Below, in pieces: positions 1-8,995 of a stretch of 64,000 nt of DNA. How positions within the stretch are numbered: the first letter of the stretch is position 1; each line of letters begins with the position of its first letter. The stretch comes from Acaryochloridaceae cyanobacterium OTE_75_metabat_521. Lineage in GTDB: Bacteria; Cyanobacteriota; Cyanobacteriia; Thermosynechococcales; Thermosynechococcaceae. The position numbers and the translations under genes are program-made. The stretch is taken from positions 1-64,000 of the forward strand of contig JANNDV010000008.1 in the NCBI GenBank assembly GCA_031387975.1, given 5' to 3'. A model generated the notes under the pieces. It searched no databases. It was given only the letters and a program-made list of their open reading frames with translations, and had not been told where the DNA came from.

Positions 1-345
1 CACTCTCTCCCATCAAGTCTTCAGGGTTACGGTAGTCTTTGAGGAGTTCATCAATCAGTTCGGGTCGAAAGGTCATGGGTCGTGTCTCCCTTAGTTTGTT
101 CATTAGGTCTTCTTTTGACCTTTGACACAAATTAATTTACACTCCCCAGGAAGTCTAAATTTGGTGGAAATCCAACCGTTTACTTAATAAGTGGTTAGAG
201 TAATGGCTTTTACACCACCTAGAGTAAGTATTATGCGCTTTGCCAAAAAGGTTGAGGGAGCCTATCCATAGCCAAAGTCATGACCAAAGTCATCGTTGTT
301 GCAACACAAGTCCATGCAAAATAAGAGAACTTATTTTGTCTAGGC

Positions 346-1542
346 TTGATAATGGGTTCTAATTCTCTCGCCTCATTGCAAAGAACAGTTCGATTTATTG
401 AGTGGGCAGTTTTACTCGCAGATCTAGCATCAAATCTACTAGGAGGTCACTTTCAAGACAGACCCCAACTTTTGCCAATATTCTGTATTTACGTGGGCAT
501 ATTTTTTCTGTTGAGCTGTAAACTGCCCATAGATCGTCCTATTTGGCAGCGTCGCACCTATATCCTGGTCGAGATTCTTCTGATTCTGTCAGCTAACGGG
601 ATGCAGTTTTGGTTCGAGATTTTACAGTATTTTGTGTTGATTAAAAGCTGCTTATTGCTCCGAAAACGCGAAGTCATTTTAGTGGCACTCATCCTTGGTA
701 TCGGCAGGGTTTCAATCATAAACTGGATATTGCCGGAACAAATTGTAAAGATGGTCGCTCAGATTCAGCGGGGTGATATTAATGCCGTTTTTAATCCACA
801 ATCCATCGTACAGATTCATGCGATCGGCTTCCTCGGAACCAGTTTGTTTGCCATTTGCTTTGGCTTTGTTTTAGTGGCTGAGCGTCAAAGCCGTCAACGA
901 TCTGAGTTTTTGGCACAGCAGGTAGAGACGCAAGCTGCCACGCTAGAGCGGACTCGCATTGCAAGGGAAATTCATGATTCATTAGGCCATTCTCTAGCGA
1001 CTTTAGGTGTGCAGCTTGAGTTAGCACAGCGTTTATTCGATCGCGACCGAACCCAGGCTGGGAATGCCCTCGTCATTGCCCAACAGCTTACCAACCAATG
1101 CTTACAGGATGTGCGGCGATCGGTACAAACAATTCGGCAGACTGATTTTGACCTCAATCAGTCCCTTCAGGTGCTGGCGGCACAAGTGCAACAGAATCAG
1201 CCCCTACAGGTTCAACTTAATTTGCAATTACCCAGGCTTTCGGTACAGGTGAGCCATCAGCTTTATTGCATTGTTCAAGAAGGACTGACAAATATCCAAA
1301 AGCATTCTCAGGCAACCCTTGTGCGTCTGAACGGATGCGTGACAGCGGCTGAAATTAAGATCGATCTTTGGGATAATGGCATTGGCTTTAATCCCAATAT
1401 TCCCTCAACTGGCTTTGGCCTCTCTGGTATTCAGGAGCGGATTCAATTGCTGCACGGACAGGTCAAGATTTACAGTGCTGACGGTCAAGGAACTCACATT
1501 CAGGTCAAAATTCCCCATGATTCGTCTACTTCTAGCGGATGA
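346..1542 (+). CDS. Sensor histidine kinase, NarL-partner type (HisKA_3 + HATPase_c), multi-TM N-terminus
   Basis: The H-box REIHDSLGHSLATLGVQLELAQ is typical of the HisKA_3/NarX-like family. The C-terminus has the GxGxG ATPase motifs (DNGIGF, GFGLSG). The N-terminal ~200 aa are hydrophobic. The gene overlaps the downstream response regulator. Confidence 0.8.
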   Translation: MIMGSNSLASLQRTVRFIEWAVLLADLASNLLGGHFQDRPQLLPIFCIYVGIFFLLSCKLPIDRPIWQRRTYILVEILLILSANGMQFWFEILQYFVLIKSCLLLRKREVILVALILGIGRVSIINWILPEQIVKMVAQIQRGDINAVFNPQSIVQIHAIGFLGTSLFAICFGFVLVAERQSRQRSEFLAQQVETQAATLERTRIAREIHDSLGHSLATLGVQLELAQRLFDRDRTQAGNALVIAQQLTNQCLQDVRRSVQTIRQTDFDLNQSLQVLAAQVQQNQPLQVQLNLQLPRLSVQVSHQLYCIVQEGLTNIQKHSQATLVRLNGCVTAAEIKIDLWDNGIGFNPNIPSTGFGLSGIQERIQLLHGQVKIYSADGQGTHIQVKIPHDSSTSSG

Positions 1543-2149
1543 TCAATCCTTATTTCGTCAAGGACTTGCAGATTTGCTGGCGCTAGAACCCGAACTAGAA
1601 GTCGTTGGGCAGGCGGCTCAGGGTCGAGAAGCGATCGCCCTTACCGAGCAACTGCAACCCGATGTCATCTTGATGGATGTGCGAATGCCAATTTGCGATG
1701 GCGTTACGGCAACCCGCGAAATCCATCAGCGCTTCCCCTGGATTCGCATCCTTGTGTTGACCACGTTTGATGAAGATGAATACATTAAGGATTCTCTCAG
1801 GGCAGGGGCGCTGGGCTATTTGCTCAAGAGTACGCCATCTCAGCAACTCGCAGAAGCCATTCGTACGGTGTATCAAGGACACGGGCATTTGGGACCTACG
1901 ATCGCCCTTAAGGTGTTTTCTCAAGTTGATTTTTTGTCCAAGCAAAAGGAAGACTTCAGCCATCGGTTTAGCGATCGCGAACTGGAAGTGTTGATGCTGT
2001 TAGGCCAAGGTAAAAGCAATCGTGAAATTGCTTGGTCGCTACATCTGACGGAGGGAACGGTGAAGAACCGTGTCACTCGGATCCTAAGTCAACTTGGAAT
2101 GCGCGATCGCACTCAAGTGGCGCTATGGGTACAGCAAAATATGGGGTAA
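1517..2149 (+). CDS. Response regulator, NarL/LuxR family (REC + HTH_LuxR)
   Basis: MIRLLLADDQ...ILMDVRMP is a receiver domain. The C-terminal LSDRELEVLMLLGQGKSNREIA...TVKNRVTRILSQLG is a LuxR-type HTH. The ORF track starts at 1376, but the likely start is the ATG at 1517. The gene overlaps the kinase by 26 nt. Confidence 0.8.
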   Translation: MIRLLLADDQSLFRQGLADLLALEPELEVVGQAAQGREAIALTEQLQPDVILMDVRMPICDGVTATREIHQRFPWIRILVLTTFDEDEYIKDSLRAGALGYLLKSTPSQQLAEAIRTVYQGHGHLGPTIALKVFSQVDFLSKQKEDFSHRFSDRELEVLMLLGQGKSNREIAWSLHLTEGTVKNRVTRILSQLGMRDRTQVALWVQQNMG

Positions 2150-2277
2150 TCAGCAAAGACAATCGAAGCAATAAAGAGAGTGACCAAAGTCATTTTCATG
2201 AATGACTTTAGGCGAAGATTTGAGGTGGACTATCCCGTTATTCTCAAGGTGAAATCTTTCATTTGTAGCGATTTTCT

Positions 2278-2700
2278 ATGAAAAACCGTTGGATGGTGTG
2301 GATGATTGCCCCTAGCGTCTTGGGACTAACGCTAGGGCGAACAGAGATTGCTCAAGCAGGGGCTGAGCCTTGTTTGAGAAGTACGTGCGTTGCTGCTGTT
2401 GACTTTAGCGATGAAGCACCAGTCATATTTTTTGGCAAATCCTCAACGGATAGTGCGCTATTTAAGTTGAGCCTGACGCGGAAGCTTCCTGCTGCGATCG
2501 CTCAGTACAATACGAACTTTGCTGTTGCCCATGCACCGCGATCCGTCAATGGACTCATTGCCCTTCGCTATGAATCGCGCCCAACGCAGGTTGCCTCATC
2601 GACCCTTAGCATTCAATGTCTAACAGCGTCTGGTGAAGCGCATTGGATTGGTTGCAAACCCATCTCAAAAATTTTGGCATTGCGTCTTGTGCTCAAATAA
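2278..2700 (+). CDS. Hypothetical secreted protein (N-terminal signal peptide)
   Basis: 140-aa ORF with a hydrophobic N-terminus (MVWMIAPSVLGLTLG...AQA). No recognisable family. Confidence 0.4.
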   Translation: MKNRWMVWMIAPSVLGLTLGRTEIAQAGAEPCLRSTCVAAVDFSDEAPVIFFGKSSTDSALFKLSLTRKLPAAIAQYNTNFAVAHAPRSVNGLIALRYESRPTQVASSTLSIQCLTASGEAHWIGCKPISKILALRLVLK

Positions 2701-2782
2701 ACCAAAATTATTTGCCTGCTTTACCCCATATGAAAAAGCATGAAGTATTTAATTGTTACTTACAAAGTGAGGGAAAACGGTC

Positions 2783-3184
2783 GTGAATCGAAATATGATT
2801 AGTCCAATCCTAGGCGCTTTATTTTTAGGGTTACTCATCGCTCAAACTCCTTTTTCAGCGGCAAAAGCTCAGCCCATCCCAGAAACGATAATCGATCTGT
2901 TTCTCCGTTCAAATGTGCCAATTCCAGTTGCTGATTCTAAGACTCAGCAACTGTACGTGAGTATGAGAAATTGGCTAGGGTCTTATCAAGGTGTACGAAG
3001 AGTAGGAAACGAATACCTTGCTACGTTTAAGTATGCTTTACTTCCAGTGGTAGTTCAACTCAATAGCAGTGGGCAAATTGAGGGTATCGGTACAGGCTGT
3101 CCTCGTTCTGAGTCGCTCTCGTTGCGTCAGGCTCCAAATAATCTGAGGCAGGCATGGTCAAAATGCACCTCTCTTAAACAGTAG
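2783..3184 (+). CDS. Hypothetical secreted protein
   Basis: 133-aa ORF with a signal-peptide-like N-terminus (ILGALFLGLLIAQTPFSAAKA). An RBS-like GGGAAAACGG lies upstream. Confidence 0.4.
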   Translation: MNRNMISPILGALFLGLLIAQTPFSAAKAQPIPETIIDLFLRSNVPIPVADSKTQQLYVSMRNWLGSYQGVRRVGNEYLATFKYALLPVVVQLNSSGQIEGIGTGCPRSESLSLRQAPNNLRQAWSKCTSLKQ

Positions 3185-3517
3185 CAAAAGCAGCTGACAT
3201 TGCAACCTTCTCAGTCTTAGTTAGTATCCTAGAGTTTGTGCCAGTCTTAAAATGAAAACTCTAGAACGCCTGCACATCTGAAAACCAAGAAGTTAATGGG
3301 ATTCAGTTACAAAAATCTATGGACATTCTCACAAGCACTGTAGCTGGAGGCAAACATATCCAATTTAATCCACTCATTACAACCTAGAGAATGTGATCGC
3401 CCATCAGCCACCAACGCATCTGCCGTTATGGCGATCGCCTACTTTTGAAACTGCGATCGCGCTGAGATCATGATGGTGTAGAGAGGGCGATCGCCGACAA
3501 AAAAATCCAATACCATA

Positions 3518-3823
3518 TCAGGCTGCTTTTTTATCCACCTCAACCCGAACATTCATTCCTGCACGGGATAGCATCTGAACCAGCTTATCGATACTAAACC
3601 GCTCAATGTCGCCATTCATTAAGTCGCTAATCCGAGGTTGCGTTTCGCCAAAGAACAACGCAGCCTTCTTCTGTGTCCATCCCTGAGCCTTGATAAAACG
3701 CCTAATATTCAAGATCAGGTCAGCCCTGATCTTGAGATTCAATGCTTCCTCTGGCTCAAAGCCTAGATCCTCAAATACATTTTTGCTGCCCTGTGTAACC
3801 TCTAGAGCCTTTGTTTGTATCAT
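3518..3823 (-). CDS. higA: HigA-like antitoxin (XRE-family HTH, addiction module antidote)
   Basis: 101 aa. LKIRADLILNIRRFIKAQGWTQKKAALFFGETQPRISDLMNG is a classic HigA/XRE HTH. It lies immediately downstream of a small toxin-like ORF on the same strand. Confidence 0.75.
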   Translation of the reverse strand: MIQTKALEVTQGSKNVFEDLGFEPEEALNLKIRADLILNIRRFIKAQGWTQKKAALFFGETQPRISDLMNGDIERFSIDKLVQMLSRAGMNVRVEVDKKAA

Positions 3824-3897
3824 TTGCCATTACTCCTTCTATTCAAATTTCCGATATTCCAACATTTGCTGATATCGCCTTTGCCCAGTTTCAATAT

Positions 3898-4173
3898 CTA
3901 GCCTTGAAGTCTTCCGAGTCTTTTTCCCAAATGCATGGAGAACATAAACCGCCTCCTTAAACCGTGCGACATAAAAATTCGATAAGCATCATCAGCCCGA
4001 ATCCGAATTTCCTCAACACCAGAACCCACAATGGACATTGGCTTAAAATCTGAAGGTTCCTCCCCACCCTGAATCAGACGAAGCTGAAACCCCGCCTTAC
4101 GACGAGCAGACTCTGGAAAGTCTGACAAATCTTCAAGAGATGAACTCATCCAACAAATTGGCTTATTGGTCAT
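3898..4173 (-). CDS. higB: HigB-like toxin (RelE/ParE superfamily, phage Gp49-like)
   Basis: 91 aa. The toxin-first arrangement with a downstream HTH antitoxin is typical of HigBA. The motif IRIRADDAYRIF resembles the Gp49/HigB core. The C-terminal tail is atypical and may be degenerate. Confidence 0.55.
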   Translation of the reverse strand: MTNKPICWMSSSLEDLSDFPESARRKAGFQLRLIQGGEEPSDFKPMSIVGSGVEEIRIRADDAYRIFMSHGLRRRFMFSMHLGKRLGRLQG

Positions 4174-4430
4174 ATCTCATTATATATCTAATTTGGCATA
4201 TTTCCCAAGCCGCTACAAATTGCCAATTGTTCCTCAACTAGTCTCACTCACCAAAATAAAAGCGTAAAATTCAAGTGACGGGCAGATATAAGGTTAAATC
4301 TGAAGCAATTACCCTACAAATTCCAGATCCCCTCTACCAACGCCTAGCAAACACAGCCCAAGCCACCCATCGTCCCATCGAAGACGTTGTCCTCCATTTC
4401 GACGAAAGGGTTTCTTGAATTGTTGGTCGA

Positions 4431-5550
4431 TTATTCCCCAACCGCCGCGACCTGATTTTCCTTTCGTAGATAGGCTTCAATAAAGGGGTCTAATTCACCA
4501 TCCATAACATTTTCAATTGCGGTGGTTTCTACGCCCGTCCGCAGGTCTTTCACCATTTGGTAGGGGTGAAAAACATAGTTGCGGATTTGGGTGCCCCAAG
4601 CTGCCTCAACAATATCGCCGCGAATATCCGCAATTTCGCGGGCGCGCTGCTCTTGCGCCACAATCAGCAGCTTGGCCTTCAAAATGACCAGGGCTTTCTC
4701 TTTGTTTTGGAGCTGCGATCGCTCTTGGGTACAGCGCACTGCCAACCCCGTCGGCAGGTGAACAATCCGTACCGCCGTCTCGACCTTATTGACGTTTTGA
4801 CCGCCCTTACCCCCAGCGCGAGTCGTGGTAATTTCTAAATCTTTATCAGGGATATTTAGCTCCACGCCGTGGTCTAGTTCTGGCATCACCTCAACGCCAG
4901 CAAAACTGGTTTGGCGCTTGCCGTTGGCGTTAAAGGGCGAAATGCGAACCAGTCGGTGCGTCCCTTTCTCAGCCTTTAGGTAGCCGTAGGCATAGAGACC
5001 AGAGATTTCAAGGGTAACGGATTTAAGACCCGCCTCATCCCCCTCAGAAATTTCGGCTAACTGTACCTTATAGCCCTGCTTTTCGGCCCAGCGCGTATAC
5101 ATTCTCAGCAGCATTTCTGCCCAGTCTTGGGCATCGGTTCCACCTGCGCCTGCATTAATGGTGAGGACTGCGCCACCTTTGTCGTAAATGCCTGACAAAA
5201 GCTGCTGAAGCTCCCACTGATCGAGCTGGTGTGCTAACTGCTTGAGGCTTGTTTGGGCTTCGTTGAGTAAACCTGAATCATCCTCAAGCTCTAATAGTTC
5301 TAAGACCGTCTTTGCATCTTCTACTGTGGTGCGCCAACGCTGTAGGCCATCTAGATGCGCTTTGAGTTCGTTGAGAGCCTGAAGCGCGGTTTGTGCCGTA
5401 GCCTGGTTGTCCCAAAAGCTGGGCTGGGCGGCAACTTGCTCTAAGTCAGAAATTTTTGCATTAAGTGCAGGAACGTCAAAGATACTCCTGGGTTTTACCC
5501 AGGCGCTCAGACAACAGCTCAATATCTCGTTTTAAATCAACAACATCCAT
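4431..5550 (-). CDS. prfB: Peptide chain release factor 2, with programmed +1 ribosomal frameshift
   Basis: The body has the GGQ motif ([18 protein letters not shown]) and the SPF region. The short upstream frame [24 protein letters not shown] ends at CTT TGA C (minus strand, + coordinates 5475-5481). An internal SD AGGAG lies upstream, matching the canonical RF2 autoregulatory frameshift. The ORF track shows only the downstream frame, 4431..5522. Confidence 0.9.
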
Positions 5551-5719
5551 GAACCTTAGCGTTACTCCTCGTTTCTTTTAGGATGTTTGACTGAATACGA
5601 AAAATTTGGAGGGGCAGGTTTTGTAGAGAGGCGCTGTACATCACTCATACAGCACTATCGCAACCTGTCCCCACCGCACAATGGAATGAATTCACGATCC
5701 TTCGCAAAATCGAATGAAG

Positions 5720-5956
5720 CTAAAACTTGTTTAAGTTAAGACCAGCTTGTCTTGCTAGGGCATCAATACCTTGAAGTTGAATTGTTTTAATGGCTTTGGT
5801 TGAGAGGCGGAGCTTAACCCAACGCTTGCCTTCAGGCCACCAAACTCGTTTCCACTGCAAATTGACTTCTTGCAGTTTTTTGGTGCGATGGTGAGAGTGA
5901 GAAACCGCGTAGGCGTTATTCGCTTTTCTACCGGTCAGTTGACACTTACGACTCAT
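5720..5956 (-). CDS. rpmB: 50S ribosomal protein L28
   Basis: 78 aa. [27 protein letters not shown]...[12 protein letters not shown] matches the conserved L28 N-terminus. Confidence 0.85.
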   Translation of the reverse strand: MSRKCQLTGRKANNAYAVSHSHHRTKKLQEVNLQWKRVWWPEGKRWVKLRLSTKAIKTIQLQGIDALARQAGLNLNKF

Positions 5957-6198
5957 TGAAAATGCTCCGAGGATCTGTGAGATGGTGCGATCTACTTTTA
6001 TACACTAGGCACAGCCAAGGTGCAAATCAGTACTCAACCCATTTTAATGCAGATTGGCTGCTGAAACGGTATTTTGGTCAGCATCTTTCAAAATCAAACC
6101 CTCAACGAAGGGCTGTTTTCTTCTTTAAGGCTGACGCGCTATGGTTGACTACAGCGTGACGGCGCAACTTAACCACGCCAATCCAGCAGAAATCAGCT

Positions 6199-8367
6199 AT
6201 GCATATTGTTGTTCTTATCCTCATTGAGCTATTGGTTGTCATTGGGCTATCTCGGCTCATGGGGCTTGGCTTTGAGCGCATTAAACAGCCCCTTGTGATT
6301 GGAGAAATTGTGGCTGGCATTATGCTGGGCCCGTCGCTGCTAGGGTGGTTAGCCCCTACCTGGAAGGCTGCGCTGTTTCCCGCAGAGGCGTTGCCCTCGT
6401 TGGGGGTGCTGGCTCAGATCGGCCTCATCTTTTTTATGTTTTTGATTGGCCTAGAGCTAAACCCAAAGTATTTGCGCGGCAACCTTAATATCGCGGTGCT
6501 GGTTTCTCATGTCAGCATTTTGGTGCCGTTTTCTTTGGGCTGTTTACTCGCGCTGCTGCTCTATCCGCTACTTTCTAATGGTGACGTGAGTTTTACGGCG
6601 TTTGCCCTATTTCTGGGGGCGGCAATGTCGATTACGGCGTTTCCGGTACTGGCGCGCATTATTACAGAAAACAACCTCCAGAGCAGTCGGCTGGGGACTT
6701 TAGCGCTCACCTGTGCTGCGGTGGATGACGTGACGGCTTGGTGTGTACTGGCACTGGCGATCGCCGTAACTCGCACCAACAGTATGGCGGGTGCCATTCC
6801 GACCATTCTGTTCTCCATTGTCTACATCGGGGTGATGGTGACGATTGGGCGGCAGTTCCTCAAAAACTTGTCCAAATACTATGACCGTAAAGGGAAGCTC
6901 CCTCAGTTTTTGGTGGCGATTATCTATATGGGTGTAGTGGCTTCTGCCCTCATCACGGAAGTTATCGGCATTCACTTCATTTTTGGCGCTTTTCTGCTGG
7001 GGGCGGTGATGCCCAAAAATGCAGGGCTGACCCGTGAGCTAGCGGAAAAAACCGAAGATTTTGTTTTAGTCTTTTTGCTGCCGCTCTTTTTTGCCTACAG
7101 CGGCCTCAAAACCGAAGTGGGGCTACTCAATAGCCCTGACAAATGGCTATTGTGCCTTGCGGTGGTTGGGGTTGCCATTATTGGTAAGTATGTGGGCACC
7201 TACATTGCGGCTCGCGTATCTGGCATTGATAAACGCGAATCTGCGGCGCTGGGCTGGCTAATGAATACCCGTGGACTCACGGAGCTGATTGTGCTCAACA
7301 TTGGGCTAGAGCTGAAGGTGATTTCGCCGCTGCTGTTTACCATGCTGGTGATCATGGCGCTTGTGACCACCTTTATGACCTCTCCACTGCTGGAATGGAC
7401 GTACCCTAAGCGGCTGATTCGGTTGGATGTGACGGACACCGAAGCAGCAGAAGCGTCTTCTGAACCTCAGCCGATCTACCGTGTGCTGGTGCCTGTGGCA
7501 AACCCGAAGACGCAAAAGGGGTTGATCAACTTGGCCTTGGCGATCGCAGGCACCCGTCAAAACGCGATTGTGCATCCGCTCAGCCTCGTCGAAATCCAGG
7601 AAAACTATGCCTTTGCCAGTATGCCCATTGAAGCGGATCGGCTGGTAGAGCAGCGTCGTATTCAGATCGAGAGTTTGGTGCAGAGCATCCAACCGCCTGA
7701 GGTCAGAGCGCGGCTGCGTCCTATCGTGCGGGTTTCGAGCGACATTGCTCGAGAGACAAGCAGAATTGCAGCCCTCGATCGCACAGACTTAGTGCTGGTG
7801 GGCTGGCATCGACCCGTCTTTGATCAAAATCGACTGGGGGGTCGTGTGGGTCAGATCTTGAGTTCAGCCCGTGCGGATGTTGCAGTTTTTGTGGATCGAG
7901 GATTGCAGCAAATTTCCAAGATTTTAGTGCCCTATGCACCTAGCCTCCATGACGAGTTGGGGTTAGAACTGGCGTTACGGCTGCTCATTAATGCAGAACA
8001 TATTCAGCTTCAGATCTTACGAGTGACTAGCCCTGGCACCCCTGCCGGGGAATTGAGTCGTGAGTTTATGGAGGTTTTGGCTCAGCTTGCGCCCTCAGTC
8101 CGTAGCCGCATAGAGATGCCTATTCTAGAAACTTATTTAGACCCGCTTCAGGCTGTGGTCGATCATTCCGTTACGGTTGATTTAACCATTGCGGGAGCCA
8201 GCCGCGCCTGGGGTTCTGAACGGCAAACCTTAGGTCGCTATGCCGATGCGCTGGTTACGCAGTGTGTCTCTTCCCTGCTCATTACCCGTAAATATAGTCA
8301 GGTCACGTCCCATCTCGCATCTGTACTAGACATAAACCCCAACGAATCGCAGGTGGAGCAGCTATGA
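6199..8367 (+). CDS. Cation:proton antiporter (CPA2/Kef-type) with C-terminal UspA-like tandem domains
   Basis: 722 aa. About 400 aa form a polytopic membrane domain typical of Na+(K+)/H+ exchangers. The soluble C-terminal half resembles universal-stress-protein domains, as in cyanobacterial NhaS3-5-like proteins. Confidence 0.75.
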   Translation: MHIVVLILIELLVVIGLSRLMGLGFERIKQPLVIGEIVAGIMLGPSLLGWLAPTWKAALFPAEALPSLGVLAQIGLIFFMFLIGLELNPKYLRGNLNIAVLVSHVSILVPFSLGCLLALLLYPLLSNGDVSFTAFALFLGAAMSITAFPVLARIITENNLQSSRLGTLALTCAAVDDVTAWCVLALAIAVTRTNSMAGAIPTILFSIVYIGVMVTIGRQFLKNLSKYYDRKGKLPQFLVAIIYMGVVASALITEVIGIHFIFGAFLLGAVMPKNAGLTRELAEKTEDFVLVFLLPLFFAYSGLKTEVGLLNSPDKWLLCLAVVGVAIIGKYVGTYIAARVSGIDKRESAALGWLMNTRGLTELIVLNIGLELKVISPLLFTMLVIMALVTTFMTSPLLEWTYPKRLIRLDVTDTEAAEASSEPQPIYRVLVPVANPKTQKGLINLALAIAGTRQNAIVHPLSLVEIQENYAFASMPIEADRLVEQRRIQIESLVQSIQPPEVRARLRPIVRVSSDIARETSRIAALDRTDLVLVGWHRPVFDQNRLGGRVGQILSSARADVAVFVDRGLQQISKILVPYAPSLHDELGLELALRLLINAEHIQLQILRVTSPGTPAGELSREFMEVLAQLAPSVRSRIEMPILETYLDPLQAVVDHSVTVDLTIAGASRAWGSERQTLGRYADALVTQCVSSLLITRKYSQVTSHLASVLDINPNESQVEQL

Positions 8368-8870
8368 ATCACTTTCAGCCTAAATCTCTCGTCTTTTATG
8401 GCGGTGCGATCGCCTTTGTGGTGGGCCTATTTGGGGTCGTCACAGCCTATGGCGAAGCAAACCTTAAAGCGGCTCAAAGTATTGGGGGAGAGTATCAAAT
8501 CAGTCTGCCCGTTTCTGCGCCCTGCGGTGGTGGAAAATCTGTTTTACTCTCGGTGCAGCAATCAGGCATATATGTGGCAGCAGCGCTGACCAATCCAGCC
8601 TTAATGCGGAGTCCATCGGTTTCTAAGTCGATGACGTTAAGCGGTCAATGGCAAAATCAACGGCTCAGTCTTACCGGACAGGTTCCAGTGGGAGTGCTGT
8701 GCGATGGGTCGAAAGAAGCTGCGCCTATCGCGGTCAAAATTGACGGGGAGATTTCCCCAACCTCAGCATCCACCAAGGCTACGACCTTAACGGGCGCAAT
8801 CTCTCTCAATGCAGCAGCCAGCCCGTTGATGGCTCAACGCCAGCCCGTTGCCAAAGATGAGGCGAAGTAG
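8364..8870 (+). CDS. Hypothetical protein (membrane-anchored)
   Basis: 168 aa. The start overlaps the antiporter stop (ATGA). The N-terminus is a TM helix. No recognisable family. Confidence 0.35.
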   Translation: MNHFQPKSLVFYGGAIAFVVGLFGVVTAYGEANLKAAQSIGGEYQISLPVSAPCGGGKSVLLSVQQSGIYVAAALTNPALMRSPSVSKSMTLSGQWQNQRLSLTGQVPVGVLCDGSKEAAPIAVKIDGEISPTSASTKATTLTGAISLNAAASPLMAQRQPVAKDEAK

Positions 8871-8995
8871 ATCGAATACATCACAGTAATTTTTGCAGTG
8901 ATGGATCGCATTACTTTGCATCGCTTTAGATCACCGATATCCCCTCTGTTGAAGTGCTAGAGTCGATCTGCTAAGTAGTAATGGCTTAAGGCTAT

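Noticed and set aside
6561-7939. Five minus-strand ORFs of 72-128 aa inside the antiporter gene
   Set aside because: They are fully nested antisense within a 722-aa membrane-protein gene whose plus frame is continuous and hydropathy-consistent. They are spurious.
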